From Clostridia bacterium (lineage in GTDB: Bacteria > Bacillota > Clostridia > TANB77 > UBA1234): a stretch of DNA of 64,000 bases. Position 1 is the first letter of the stretch, and each line of letters starts with the position of its first letter. The DNA lies in NCBI GenBank assembly GCA_017522765.1, contig JAFWYG010000001.1, forward strand, positions 27,291-91,290, written 5' to 3'. This document shows positions 39,458 to 48,952 of this stretch, piece by piece. The notes under the pieces were generated by a model. It saw nothing but the letters and a program-made list of their open reading frames with translations, was not told the origin of the DNA and did no database searches. The position numbers were made by a program, and so were the translations under genes.

Positions 39458-39492
39458 AATAAAAAACTCGGTTGTTTTTCAACCGAGTTTTT
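39458..39492. terminator. Bidirectional rho-independent terminator (aaactcggttg / caaccgagttt)
   Basis: Hairpin flanked by an A-run and a T-run. Terminates the GGDEF gene. Confidence 0.65.
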
Positions 39493-39497
39493 GTTAA

Positions 39498-40448
39498 TTA
39501 TCTTGTTTTTGTTTTTCTTCTATCTTCTAGTAAAGTACTTCCTGGAATTGTTTTCGCTTTTTTCTTAACGTTAGCTCCGTCTTCACCTATTTCAAGGATA
39601 TTGGCATATCTCTTAAGTTTGTTACTTATCATTGCTACTGTTAATGTCATAATTGGATATTTTTCTAATTTACCTTTTCTATTGGCTATCTTTATCCAAC
39701 CTTTTTCAACATCTTCTTGTGTGTAGTACTTTGTAATTCCTTCGTCGAATAATTTAATAATATTTTTGCCTATTATTTTTGCATTTTCATAATCTAGAAT
39801 AACAACAAAATCATCGCCACCAACATGTCCTACGAAATCACCTTTTGATCCGAAAGTTTGTACAGAATCTTGAATAATATCACTTGTAAATTTAATTACT
39901 TCATCACCATTCATGAAACCATATTTATCGTTATATGCTTTAAAGTTGTCTATATCAATATATAAAACTGCATATACTCCACGTGATGCAATTCTTCTTT
40001 TTAATTCATTTTCTATTTGCACATTACCAGGAAGTCCTGTTAATGCACTTATGCAACGATTTGCACTAATTAATCTTGATACATTTTTTATTGTATATAA
40101 AAAATAATTATCATCTAATGGTTTTTTAATATAAAATTCTATTCCTTTTTTAAGCATGTCTAATTTGTGTTCTTTATCTGTATTAGCTGATACTAGTACA
40201 ATTGGTGTAATTGCATATTCTGATGTTTTTCTTAAGAAAACAATTAAATCATTGATTTCTATTCTTTCTAAACTATCTTCATTAATTATAACCAAGTCTG
40301 GGATTGTAAGCATCGCTTCTTTTATAGATTTCATCGAAGAATCTGTTTTTACAATATGAAATCTACTTTCTTTTGCAAACAATTTTTGAGACATGTCCCA
40401 TACCTCGTTATTATCTTCAATAATTACGACATACTTTGTATTTAACAT
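39498..40448 (-). CDS. Response regulator with receiver domain and GGDEF domain. The signature is degenerate, GGDDF. Start is MLNTK at 40448.
   Basis: Receiver domain (VVIIEDN...D...). GGDEF fold (YIDIDNFKAYNDKYGF ... HVGGDDFVV). GGAGGG RBS. Confidence 0.7.
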   Translation of the reverse strand: MLNTKYVVIIEDNNEVWDMSQKLFAKESRFHIVKTDSSMKSIKEAMLTIPDLVIINEDSLERIEINDLIVFLRKTSEYAITPIVLVSANTDKEHKLDMLKKGIEFYIKKPLDDNYFLYTIKNVSRLISANRCISALTGLPGNVQIENELKRRIASRGVYAVLYIDIDNFKAYNDKYGFMNGDEVIKFTSDIIQDSVQTFGSKGDFVGHVGGDDFVVILDYENAKIIGKNIIKLFDEGITKYYTQEDVEKGWIKIANRKGKLEKYPIMTLTVAMISNKLKRYANILEIGEDGANVKKKAKTIPGSTLLEDRRKTKTR

Positions 40449-40459
40449 ACTGTTCCCTC

Positions 40460-41284
40460 CTATAACCAATTAGATATTCTCGCAAAATCTTCTAACGAAA
40501 GATTTTCTGCACGCTTGTTTATATCTATGCCAAGCTCCTCCAACATCTTCTTGATTTCTTCTTTATCTTTTGCAACTGCTAATAATGAATTTCCAAGATT
40601 CTTTCTACGTTGTGAAAACGCAGCTTTTATAACTTGGAAAAATTTCTTTTCATTTTTTAGTTCTATATGTTCTTTTTTTACTTTTAAATTTACTACACAA
40701 GAATCAACTTCTGGTACCGGCATGAAATTTTCTTTTGGAACATCTATCACAATTTCAGGTTCAGTATAATAATTTATACTAACAGTAATTGCACCATATT
40801 CTTTACCATTTGGTGTAGAACAAAATCTTTCACCAACTTCTTTTTGTACCATCACTGTGATTGATTCTATATTTAGTTTTTCTTCTAACAATTTCATTAC
40901 TATAGGTGTAGTTATATAGTATGGTAAATTTGCTACAATTTTAACGTGTTCTTCGCCTTTTATTAATGCATTTATATCTGTCTTTAGTATATCATTATGA
41001 ATTATTTCTACGTTGTCGTATAAAGCAAACCTTTCATTTAAAACAGGAATCATATTATCATCTAGTTCTACAGCAACTACTTTCTTTGCACTTTCTGCAA
41101 GTGCTGCTGTTAATGTTCCTAACCCCGGACCAATTTCTATTACTAGATCTTCTTTACTAACTTCAGCTTTTTGTACTATATCTAACACAATACCTTCGTC
41201 AATCAAGAAGTTTTGTCCAAGTTTTTTGTTTGCTTTTAAATCATATTTCTTTAGCATAAAGTTTGTTTCTTCACGTAAATTCAT
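40460..41284 (-). CDS. rsmA: 16S rRNA (adenine1518/1519-N6)-dimethyltransferase
   Basis: LGQNFLID ... IGPGLGTLT SAM-binding motifs. Confidence 0.85.
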   Translation of the reverse strand: MNLREETNFMLKKYDLKANKKLGQNFLIDEGIVLDIVQKAEVSKEDLVIEIGPGLGTLTAALAESAKKVVAVELDDNMIPVLNERFALYDNVEIIHNDILKTDINALIKGEEHVKIVANLPYYITTPIVMKLLEEKLNIESITVMVQKEVGERFCSTPNGKEYGAITVSINYYTEPEIVIDVPKENFMPVPEVDSCVVNLKVKKEHIELKNEKKFFQVIKAAFSQRRKNLGNSLLAVAKDKEEIKKMLEELGIDINKRAENLSLEDFARISNWL

Positions 41285-41351
41285 ATTACACCTCTATTGA
41301 AGATTATACTTTGTTCCCTCACTCTTGTCAATTAGTGGAAATTTTTAAAAA

Positions 41352-41400
41352 CAGGGACGCCCCTTGTTGTAAAAATTTTAACAATAAGGAGCGTCCCCAT
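41352..41400. repeat. Dispersed palindromic repeat copy (CAGGGACGCCCCTTGTTGT-spacer-AACAATAAGGAGCGTCCCC)
   Basis: Family member; sits about 30 bp upstream of the -35 of the 3D-domain gene promoter. Confidence 0.65.
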
Positions 41401-41431
41401 TATCGAAAATTGGTAATTTATGCATAAAAAT

Positions 41432-41460
41432 TTGACAAGTGTTTAAAATAGTAGTAGAAT
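41432..41460 (+). promoter_or_regulatory. Consensus promoter TTGACA-17-TAGAAT for the 3D-domain gene
   Basis: Read directly. Confidence 0.6.
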
Positions 41461-41499
41461 GCCAAATGTTCGGCGCCCATAACAAGGAAGGAGCTTTTA

Positions 41500-42165
41500 A
41501 TGGAAGAACAAAGCAGTATACTCATACAAAAGAAGATTATTTTAGGAATGACATTTTTATTTTTATTTGCTAGTTACATTTATGCAAAATATGATTTTAA
41601 TATATCTAAAAATACAGAGCTTGTAGTAGCTCAAAACTCGCTAGAGGTTAGCGGTGAAGAAGTTTTAGCAAAGCAAGTTGCTTACACAGCTTTAACTGAA
41701 GTTGCCGATGATCTAGTAAATCCTGAAATTGTATACGAATCAGAGCCCGAACTTATAATAAATAACACACCTTCAGCTACAACTACTATCGATTCAACTG
41801 ATGATAGTTCAACTAAACCTGAAGATTACAAGAGTGTTTTAAGTATGAACGCTACAGCATATTGCTTATGCAAAAAATGCTGTGGTAAATCTGCTACACA
41901 CCCTCAATACGGTGTTACAGCTTCTGGATACAGAATTACTCCAGGAACTAATGAAAAAGTAATTGCCGTGGATACTTCTGTTATACCTCTTGGAACAAAA
42001 GTTTATGTTGAAGGCTTAAATGGCGCAAATAGTTATGGTTACGCTGTTGCCGCTGATACAGGTAGTGCTATTAAAAATATGAAAATTGATTTGTATATGG
42101 ACTCACATGCTGATGCATTGAGATGGGGATTTAAAAAAGTTAATGTTTATTTGTTAGAAGATTAA
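41500..42165 (+). CDS. 3D-domain (MltA-like lytic transglycosylase fold) cell-wall protein, YabE/YuiC-like
   Basis: N-terminal TM segment. C-terminal ATAYC...G...A.DTSVIPLGTKVYVEG...AADTG motif. Divergent from rsmA, as in the Bacillus yabE-ksgA neighbourhood. Confidence 0.65.
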   Translation: MEEQSSILIQKKIILGMTFLFLFASYIYAKYDFNISKNTELVVAQNSLEVSGEEVLAKQVAYTALTEVADDLVNPEIVYESEPELIINNTPSATTTIDSTDDSSTKPEDYKSVLSMNATAYCLCKKCCGKSATHPQYGVTASGYRITPGTNEKVIAVDTSVIPLGTKVYVEGLNGANSYGYAVAADTGSAIKNMKIDLYMDSHADALRWGFKKVNVYLLED

Positions 42166-42177
42166 TATAAGACTTTT

Positions 42178-42207
42178 TAAGACGTGATTCTATCACGTCT
42201 TTTTTCT
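42178..42207 (+). terminator. Rho-independent terminator (aagacgtgat / atcacgtctt + T-run)
   Basis: Read directly. Confidence 0.7.
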
Positions 42208-42322
42208 TTTTATTTTTTCTATTTTTTTGCTTTTTTTCCAACAAATTTTTGCATTATAAAGTTTTACTTCGATAAAAATATAATTGACACAAATTCTAAT
42301 ATTTTTATTTTGGAGGTAATTC

Positions 42323-43453
42323 ATGAAATTAAAAAAATTGTGTTTTCTATTTATTACTTCACTTACTGTATTAGGTTGTAGTTTTGTTCTAGCAGTTCCT
42401 TCAGGTGATTCTGGCGAAATATCTGACGGAACTTCTGGTGAGAGTACACCAATTGTAAGTGGTGAAGTTTCTGGTGATATATCAGGTGAATCTACACCTA
42501 TTGAAAGTGGAGATTCTTCTACTGATTCAGGAGATTATATAGATGTTTTAAAAAGCATCGCATTAGATTTAGATTTTCAAACTGAAAAAAATACTGCTAT
42601 AAATGGTGTTCTTAAATCATCAGTGTCAGGTGATGAAACATTCGTTTATGCAATTGTAACAACACCTTCTCATGGTACTGTAACTCTTAGCAATGCTACA
42701 AGTGGAGATTTTGTTTATACTCCCGAAACAGACTATGTAGGTAGCGATTTGTTTACTTTTAGATTAGAATCAGGAGATGTTTATTCTAATATCGGTTCTG
42801 TTTCTATCACAGTAAAAGCGCCTAGCGAGCCTATTATTCCATTTTATTATGAAGATATGCAAGAACATTGGGCTAATTATTCTGCATCACATTTAGCAGC
42901 TAGAGGATATGTTATTGGTGAAAATATCGGAGATGAATATTTCTATTTTCCAGATAGAGAAATGACTCGTGGAGACTTCTTATTATTCATTCTTTCTTTA
43001 GTTGAAAATAACCACTCTGCTAAAGCTGCTGATATAAAATTTGCTGACGACGATTTGTATCCAGAATGGCTACTTGAAAAAGCTAAGATAGCTTATGAAT
43101 TAGGCATAATTAAAGGTAGTGGAACAGAAGGATCAGTTTATCTAAACGCATATCATAAAATCACTCGTGCTGAAGCTTTTGTTATGATAAACAATGTTTT
43201 AACTTCTACAAAATTAATAATAAATGCAGCCGATGATATTACTTTTGCAGATAAAGCATCTATCCCATCTTGGTCTTTACAAGCAATAAAGAATCTTTCT
43301 GCATATAAGATAGTTCAAGGTGATTCTAACAAAAATATAAATCCACTTGACACTATTAATCGTGGTGAAGCAGCAGAAATTATATACAAAGTTATAAAGC
43401 AAATGGAAATTTTGAAATTAGAAGATGTCCCTGCTGAACTTACACTTAGATAA
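42323..43453 (+). CDS. Secreted protein with a Ser/Gly/Glu-rich acidic repeat, an Ig-like domain and three C-terminal SLH (S-layer homology) domains
   Basis: Signal peptide. SGE(V/I)SGDISGESTPI repeats. Three segments with ...W....A.......G..G..........ITR(A/G)EA... SLH motifs. Confidence 0.7.
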   Translation: MKLKKLCFLFITSLTVLGCSFVLAVPSGDSGEISDGTSGESTPIVSGEVSGDISGESTPIESGDSSTDSGDYIDVLKSIALDLDFQTEKNTAINGVLKSSVSGDETFVYAIVTTPSHGTVTLSNATSGDFVYTPETDYVGSDLFTFRLESGDVYSNIGSVSITVKAPSEPIIPFYYEDMQEHWANYSASHLAARGYVIGENIGDEYFYFPDREMTRGDFLLFILSLVENNHSAKAADIKFADDDLYPEWLLEKAKIAYELGIIKGSGTEGSVYLNAYHKITRAEAFVMINNVLTSTKLIINAADDITFADKASIPSWSLQAIKNLSAYKIVQGDSNKNINPLDTINRGEAAEIIYKVIKQMEILKLEDVPAELTLR

Positions 43454-43466
43454 TTTAATGAACGAC

Positions 43467-43507
43467 AAAACCCCCAATTGCGCTTTGTAGCTGCAATGGG
43501 GGTTTTC
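43467..43507. terminator. Bidirectional terminator (aaaaccccc ... gggggtttt)
   Basis: 9-bp GC stem flanked by an A-run and a T-run. Confidence 0.65.
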
Positions 43508-43515
43508 TAATTTGT

Positions 43516-43947
43516 TTACTTTTCGAAATATGATACGATGTAATCGCTGTTGCCCGGGATAACTGAGATGCCAATGATTTCATAGATCTCTGGATTGAAA
43601 GATTCCAAGAAGTTCAGATATTCCTTCACATCATTCGTGTTGAAAATATAGTATCCATCAAGCACGCTAACATTATAGGATTCCGTGTTTTCTGCTTCCT
43701 TCCATTTACCCTTTAACCGTGTAGTAACAGCAAATTTATTGCCGTCTTGAGATATGGTAACATCCACGATTTCGTATTCCGTGGTGTCTATTTTTGCGAC
43801 GTATTTCAGATATGAGTTTTTGTTGGTTGTCGTATACAACGAGACGATTCCCTCGCTACTGGTAGAGGTGTTCATCTCTTCTTCACTACAAGCCACCAGC
43901 GAAAGGCACATGAGAACTAACAGTATGATGCAAATTAACCGTTTCAT
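43516..43947 (-). CDS. Putative lipoprotein, 143 aa; GC-richer than the surroundings
   Basis: Lipobox LSLVAC after MKRLICIILLVLM. About 45% GC against about 30% background. Confidence 0.6.
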   Translation of the reverse strand: MKRLICIILLVLMCLSLVACSEEEMNTSTSSEGIVSLYTTTNKNSYLKYVAKIDTTEYEIVDVTISQDGNKFAVTTRLKGKWKEAENTESYNVSVLDGYYIFNTNDVKEYLNFLESFNPEIYEIIGISVIPGNSDYIVSYFEK

Positions 43948-44047
43948 CGTTTTATTTCCTCCAATTTCAAATAGTAGGTCTGTTTACTCAAAATTTGATA
44001 TAACACATATGTAGTCATTTGCTCGTGCTCCGCATTATATCACGGTT

Positions 44048-44626
44048 TTAAATAATTTTCAATCTTTTAAACTCATCATATACTGCATGGATAGGTAATC
44101 CCATAACAGTTGCATAGTTTCCATCTAGCTTATCTATATGCACGGCAAACTCTTGTTGTATAGCATATGCTCCTGCTTTATCCCACGCATTGCCTGTTTC
44201 AAGCCATTTATCAATTTCTTCTTTTGAAATTTCTTTAACATGTACATCAGCTATATCGCAGAAATTTGATTCCTCAACTTTCCCATCTTTTCTATAAATT
44301 ATTGATACTCCTGTCATAACTTTATGCGTTTTGTTACTTAAAGTCGTCAACATTCTGACAGCATCATCATAATCTTTTGGTTTTCCTAAAATTTCATCAT
44401 TATCAGCAACAACAATTGTATCACTACCTAATACAACTACGTCTCCCTCCTGAGATGCAAAAATATCTTGTGCTTTTTGCTTTGCTATTTCTACTACTTT
44501 TTCTGATGGTTTTAAATCCTCTTGTACATTTTCGTCTGATGCGCTTACAATTACCTCAAAATCTGTTGTAATCATTGATAGCAGTTCTTTTCTTCTTGGT
44601 GATTTTGATGCTAAAATTACTCTCAT
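44048..44626 (-). CDS. maf: Maf-family nucleoside triphosphate pyrophosphatase (septum-formation protein Maf)
   Basis: ILAS.SPRR.ELL ... family signature; native low GC. Confidence 0.8.
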   Translation of the reverse strand: MRVILASKSPRRKELLSMITTDFEVIVSASDENVQEDLKPSEKVVEIAKQKAQDIFASQEGDVVVLGSDTIVVADNDEILGKPKDYDDAVRMLTTLSNKTHKVMTGVSIIYRKDGKVEESNFCDIADVHVKEISKEEIDKWLETGNAWDKAGAYAIQQEFAVHIDKLDGNYATVMGLPIHAVYDEFKRLKII

Positions 44627-44799
44627 TTTTACTCCTCCAAACTTGTTTTTTCTTACTTATTATACAGCAGTATTTTAAATACAAAAAGATACTATTTTAA
44701 AGACTTCGTTCCTCTAAACAAAACTTATTTACTTTTTATGTAAACGTTGATATAATGTGGTCGTTCGAAATACACTTTGTACTTAGAAAGGATGATTTT

Positions 44800-45894
44800 A
44801 TGGCCCCTGCAACGTCTGACATTGTCCCCGCCTATATTGGCCCTTTCACACTTAGATTGCAAACAAAAACGCTTGAGCAGTTGCAAAAGACAGTTATTAA
44901 TGCTCAAAAGAAATGTGAACGTGAACTTCGCCGGTTACTTCCTCTCCCCGATGATAAAATAACCAACGATCCTATCCGCCGCCCTTTCTCACAACTCAAG
45001 CGAGAAAGAGAAAAAGCATACGCCTTATATTCTGCGATTGATCAGCACAAAACTGCGCTCTACCGCCTCTCATCTCTTATCGACTGGCTTAAGGAATTTA
45101 TCGATAATCCCGATGACCCTTGGTATAGCATTCCTATTTATCGGATACAACAAACAACATTCGAGGAATTTAAAACAGCAAACCTTTTTTACAGGGATTT
45201 TAACAGCACCTCCCTTAAAATCGGCTTCTATATTCCTCAAGAAAAAAATTATCAAACAGTCACTTCCCTAAAAGAACTTTTTATTGCAGATAGAATTCGG
45301 AAAGGTGCAATTTTTATTTATTTAGAACCTTATCCGAACCAAACTCCTTACAAATTCCGTAATCCGCATACCATTGGTGAATTTTCCATTAATGTTTCTC
45401 TTAGTATTAGTACTATCAAAGCTCGTTTGAATGGTGAACGCAAGCCCGTTGCATCTAAAGTATCTCAACAAAACTGCAGTGTGGATGAAGCTCAGCTGCG
45501 TTATAGAGAAGAATCTAAACAATGGGAATATGCACTGCGCGAACGCCTTGCTGCACTCCAAGCTCTCAAAGCATGGGCAAACAAATTAGTTGTTCTCACT
45601 TCTTCTCCGGAAGATCCTTGGCATAATATCCCTGTCCATTTTGTAAAGCAAAATACATTCAACAAGTTTGTACATAGCGGAAAATTCTACCGCTACTGCA
45701 GTAACTCTCACATAATGGTTGGTTTAGCTATGAAAGAAGATACTTACGAAACCAGAAATCTTCTTTTGAATCAGCGTCGCACCAGACAGTGCTTCATGCC
45801 ATCTGAAATCACAGAACATGAACGTTTTCCCGGTGTTGTTTTGATGGTTTGCATTCCCCCTGTGCCTAAATGGCCAATCCTGAAGTGGAATTAA
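44800..45894 (+). CDS. Hypothetical protein, 364 aa, with an internal duplication of about 110 aa ((N/S)P(D/E)DPW(Y/H).IP(I/V)...). GC-richer. The track ORF is 5'-extended.
   Basis: AAAGGA RBS before ATGGCC at 44800. Own terminator at 45906-45945. No recognisable domain. Confidence 0.55.
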   Translation: MAPATSDIVPAYIGPFTLRLQTKTLEQLQKTVINAQKKCERELRRLLPLPDDKITNDPIRRPFSQLKREREKAYALYSAIDQHKTALYRLSSLIDWLKEFIDNPDDPWYSIPIYRIQQTTFEEFKTANLFYRDFNSTSLKIGFYIPQEKNYQTVTSLKELFIADRIRKGAIFIYLEPYPNQTPYKFRNPHTIGEFSINVSLSISTIKARLNGERKPVASKVSQQNCSVDEAQLRYREESKQWEYALRERLAALQALKAWANKLVVLTSSPEDPWHNIPVHFVKQNTFNKFVHSGKFYRYCSNSHIMVGLAMKEDTYETRNLLLNQRRTRQCFMPSEITEHERFPGVVLMVCIPPVPKWPILKWN

Positions 45895-45905
45895 TCAAAT
45901 AATAT

Positions 45906-45945
45906 AAAAAAGCATCTCTTCTTTGTTGAGGAGATGCTTTTTTCA
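45906..45945 (+). terminator. Rho-independent terminator (agcatctcttc / gaggagatgct + T-run)
   Basis: Read directly. Confidence 0.7.
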
Positions 45946-46147
45946 TACTTTAAAACATTTTATTTGCCTAATTATGTAAATTATGATATAATCACTAAGT
46001 ACTTGTACATTGATAAAGCACAACGTTTTGTAAAATCGTTGTTCATATTGATTTAACTTACGTGTGCATATTTGTGTCAAGTCGCAGCATCTAGTCCCGC
46101 CGTTGATTACTAAATTCAATGGTATATATGTCATCAGGAGGTAAAAC

Positions 46148-46858
46148 ATGACAGCAAGATTATTCTTAAGTAAGACCACAACCGAACCTGTTCTGCTTTT
46201 CGAAGACAAGAAAGCAAAGTACTACTACGTCTTCATTGCAGAAACCGAGTCCCTCAAAATCTTAAAGGGACAACGTAGCATTCACAAACAGAAAGCTCGC
46301 ATCGGCGATGCATTCTTCTGTACGGTGAGAGACAAAGAATTCATGATCAATCAGCTGCACTTTCCGCGTAAACGTTCCGATCTGGTTGCCTGGACTATCG
46401 GCTATCCTAAGGAACTTCGTGCAGCAAATCCTGAGCACTTTTCCACCATGTATGAAGACAATTATCGTCAAAACGTCAAAGGTAAAGCACCTGAAAATTG
46501 GTGCCTTAGCGACAACAAATACTATTATGTCAGCATGTGCAAACCTAAGAACTATTCCATCACATATGTTGGAGACGGCCACGCTGATATGATGGGCATT
46601 TTTGCCGCAGAGCCCATTCGTTTGGCTGCATATATTTCTGAAGACATCACCACTCAGTCTATTTGCAAACTTTTCTCCAGCTATCTGGAAACCAACACAT
46701 TTGATTTTCCTCTCAGCTACTTTGAGAAGATCTGCTTAAGACTGGGGCTCAGCAAGAGCGAAATCGCACGCATCGTTAAGAACAAAGAGTCTCGCTTTGC
46801 TTCTGAATGTGTGGTTCGCGACTATCATAAGCACTATATCAGAAAAGCATACGCATAA
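46148..46858 (+). CDS. Hypothetical protein, 236 aa; GC-richer; no recognisable domain
   Basis: GGAGG RBS. Terminator at 46900-46948. Confidence 0.55.
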   Translation: MTARLFLSKTTTEPVLLFEDKKAKYYYVFIAETESLKILKGQRSIHKQKARIGDAFFCTVRDKEFMINQLHFPRKRSDLVAWTIGYPKELRAANPEHFSTMYEDNYRQNVKGKAPENWCLSDNKYYYVSMCKPKNYSITYVGDGHADMMGIFAAEPIRLAAYISEDITTQSICKLFSSYLETNTFDFPLSYFEKICLRLGLSKSEIARIVKNKESRFASECVVRDYHKHYIRKAYA

Positions 46859-46899
46859 TCGCAAATTATCAAATGTGAAACAAGTTAAATCCATATGAG

Positions 46900-46948
46900 A
46901 AAGCGCTGGTAACCTACTAATAGAGTGTTACCAGCGCTCTTTTATTTT
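46900..46948 (+). terminator. Rho-independent terminator (agcgctggtaac / gttaccagcgct + T-run)
   Basis: Read directly. Confidence 0.7.
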
Positions 46949-46961
46949 GTAATATAAATTT

Positions 46962-47188
46962 CATTTTACGCTTCGCTGTGAGTTCGAATCTCTAGTTTGT
47001 GGCATAAAAAAAAGACAACCCAAAGTTGTCCTTTTGGCGGAGACAGAGAGATTCGACTTTTCGTCCTTTCGGACTCAAAGTCAGCCTTCGGCTTCATTTT
47101 ACGCTTCGCTGTGAGTTCGAATCTCTAGTTTGTGGCATAAAAAAAGACAACCCAAAGTTGTCCTTTTGGCGGAGACAGAGAGATTCGA
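46962..47188. repeat. Near-perfect tandem direct repeat, two copies of about 94 bp with 133-bp period (46962-47056 and 47095-47188). Each copy contains a terminator hairpin. The first carries a 21-bp duplicate of the tRNA-Ser(GCT) 3' end; the second overlaps the real tRNA 3' end.
   Basis: TTTTACGCTTCGCTGTGAGTTCGAATCTCTAGTTTGTGGCATAAAAAAAGACAACCCAAAGTTGTCCTTTTGGCGGAGACAGAGAGATTCGA occurs twice. Confidence 0.7.
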
Positions 47189-47258
47189 ACTCTCGCGGCC
47201 CTTGCGAACCCTAACAGTTTAGCAAACTGTCCCCTTCGACCGGCTTGGGTATGTCTCC
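47167..47258 (-). tRNA. tRNA-Ser (GCT) with long variable arm
   Basis: Cloverleaf on the minus strand; anticodon loop TTGCTAA; GAGTTCGAATCTC T-arm; CCA end. Confidence 0.8.
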
Positions 47259-47266
47259 ATGTGTCT

Positions 47267-47357
47267 TGGCGGAGAGGGTGGGATTCGAACCCACGATACG
47301 CTCGCACGTATGCCAATTTTCAAGACTGGTGCCTTAAACCAACTCGACCACCTCTCC
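47267..47357 (-). tRNA. tRNA-Ser (TGA) with long variable arm
   Basis: Cloverleaf on the minus strand; anticodon loop CTTGAAA; GGTTCGAATCC T-arm; CCA end. Confidence 0.8.
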
Positions 47358-47427
47358 ATATGAGACCTTTGTCGCTGTCGACAAAAATTATATTAACATT
47401 TAAGTCTCACATTGTCAACAAAAACTT

Positions 47428-47961
47428 TTATTTGTTTTCTAGTTTTTGTTTGCCTGTATCAACATCTATAAAATACTTGTATCCATTTTGTTTAGCTATG
47501 TTTAATGCTTCTTCTTCCTCTTTAACAAGAGTATATTTTGACTTACCTTTTTCGATTGGTTTAGCGTAAGTGTTTGTTGTATTATCTCTTGAATATACAC
47601 CATTAATTACTACACCAGAATCTTCAAAATCTAGTAATGCCAACGCAAAGCAAAGATCACTTCCTGTATTTTGATATGGGTTATATCTTATCATTCCCAC
47701 CTTTTGAATACATTTATTCATATTTTGTTCCATTTCTCTGCAGTATTTTTTCAAAGTTTGAGTATTCTCTTTTACGATAGTTACATCTTCAACATAGTTT
47801 TTTAAAACGTTAGTGATGTCTTGTCCATCACCAACTTTTGTCATATATTCAACATATTTTTTCTTTAATTTTAAAGTCATTATTAAGTTATATATTGCTA
47901 AACCTAGCGTTATTAAAATCAACACAATAAGTATAGTTGTTAATGTTCCTGTCTCTGGCAT
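47428..47961 (-). CDS. DUF4446-like membrane protein, commonly found downstream of parB in Firmicutes
   Basis: N-terminal TM segment. Position immediately after parB. GGGGAG RBS. Confidence 0.5.
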   Translation of the reverse strand: MPETGTLTTILIVLILITLGLAIYNLIMTLKLKKKYVEYMTKVGDGQDITNVLKNYVEDVTIVKENTQTLKKYCREMEQNMNKCIQKVGMIRYNPYQNTGSDLCFALALLDFEDSGVVINGVYSRDNTTNTYAKPIEKGKSKYTLVKEEEEALNIAKQNGYKYFIDVDTGKQKLENK

Positions 47962-48049
47962 TTTATCAACTCCCCATCAAAAGAAGGAAAATATGAATAT
48001 TTTCCTTCTAGTTTTATAAAACGTTTATTTTGTTACTTTTAATCTACAT

Positions 48050-48937
48050 TTATCTATTATTTTCTAAAAGTTCTAAAATTCTTTCTAATTCTTCATTTGA
48101 ATAATATTCAATTGCGATTTTACCACGAGATTTTGTTTGTGGTTTGAAATAAACTTTTGTTCCTAATGCATTCTTCAATCTGTTTTCGATATCTTTATAA
48201 ATTATTTCTAATTTATCTAATTTTTTAGTACCTGTTGTTGCTTTTTTTGCTGTTTTTTCAGCTTTTACAAGTTGTTCTGCATCTCTTACATTCATATTGA
48301 AATTAACAATGTCTAATGCATATTTATATTGTTTTTCTCCACTTGAAAGTGATGCTAAGTTTCTTGCGTGACCTTCTGTAAGTTTTCCTTCACTTACCAA
48401 GTCAATTACTCTCTCATCTAATGATAATATTCTAACTGTATTAGCAATTGAACTTCTGCTCTTGCCAAGAGTTTTAGATAATTCTTCTTGTGTAAGGTTA
48501 TGAACTTCCATAAGCTCTTTTAAAGCTTTTGCAGTTTCAACTGGATTTAAGTTTTCTCTTTGAATATTTTCTATTAAAGAAACTTCTCTTATTTTCTTTT
48601 CATCATAATCTCTTACAATTGCAGGAATTGTCTTTAAACCAGCAAGTTTAGAAGCTCTCCATCTTCTCTCACCAGCTATAATTTGATAATAATCATCCTT
48701 TTTAGTAACTATGATTGGTTGTAAAACACCATGTTGTTTAATAGAATCAGCAAGTTCAGCAAGCTTTTCTTCATCAAAAACTTTTCTTGGTTGATCCACG
48801 TTTGGTTCAACTTTATTTATTTTCATTTCAACGATTTTCTCGTTTGCGGCTAAATCGCCACCTAAATTATCTACATCTACATTTGATGGAAATAAAGAAC
48901 CTAATCCTTTTCCTAATCCACTTTTTCCTACAGCCAT
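48050..48937 (-). CDS. parB: Chromosome partitioning protein ParB/Spo0J
   Basis: ParB box GERRWRA. HTH region. Start at MAVGK, chosen for RBS spacing. Confidence 0.9.
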   Translation of the reverse strand: MAVGKSGLGKGLGSLFPSNVDVDNLGGDLAANEKIVEMKINKVEPNVDQPRKVFDEEKLAELADSIKQHGVLQPIIVTKKDDYYQIIAGERRWRASKLAGLKTIPAIVRDYDEKKIREVSLIENIQRENLNPVETAKALKELMEVHNLTQEELSKTLGKSRSSIANTVRILSLDERVIDLVSEGKLTEGHARNLASLSSGEKQYKYALDIVNFNMNVRDAEQLVKAEKTAKKATTGTKKLDKLEIIYKDIENRLKNALGTKVYFKPQTKSRGKIAIEYYSNEELERILELLENNR

Positions 48938-48952
48938 TTTCATAACCTCCTA

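Noticed and set aside
45070-46582. Minus-strand ORFs 45070-45255, 45322-45561 and 46262-46582 inside the GC-richer islet
   Set aside because: They are antisense to the longer plus-strand ORFs, have no RBS, and have the GC-rich composition that inflates spurious ORF length.
46962-47188. Considered whether the 133-bp tandem repeat could be a CRISPR or minisatellite array
   Set aside because: There are only two copies, the repeat unit is far longer than a CRISPR repeat, there are no spacers, and it is composed of a tRNA 3' end plus a terminator hairpin. A duplication or att scar explains it better.
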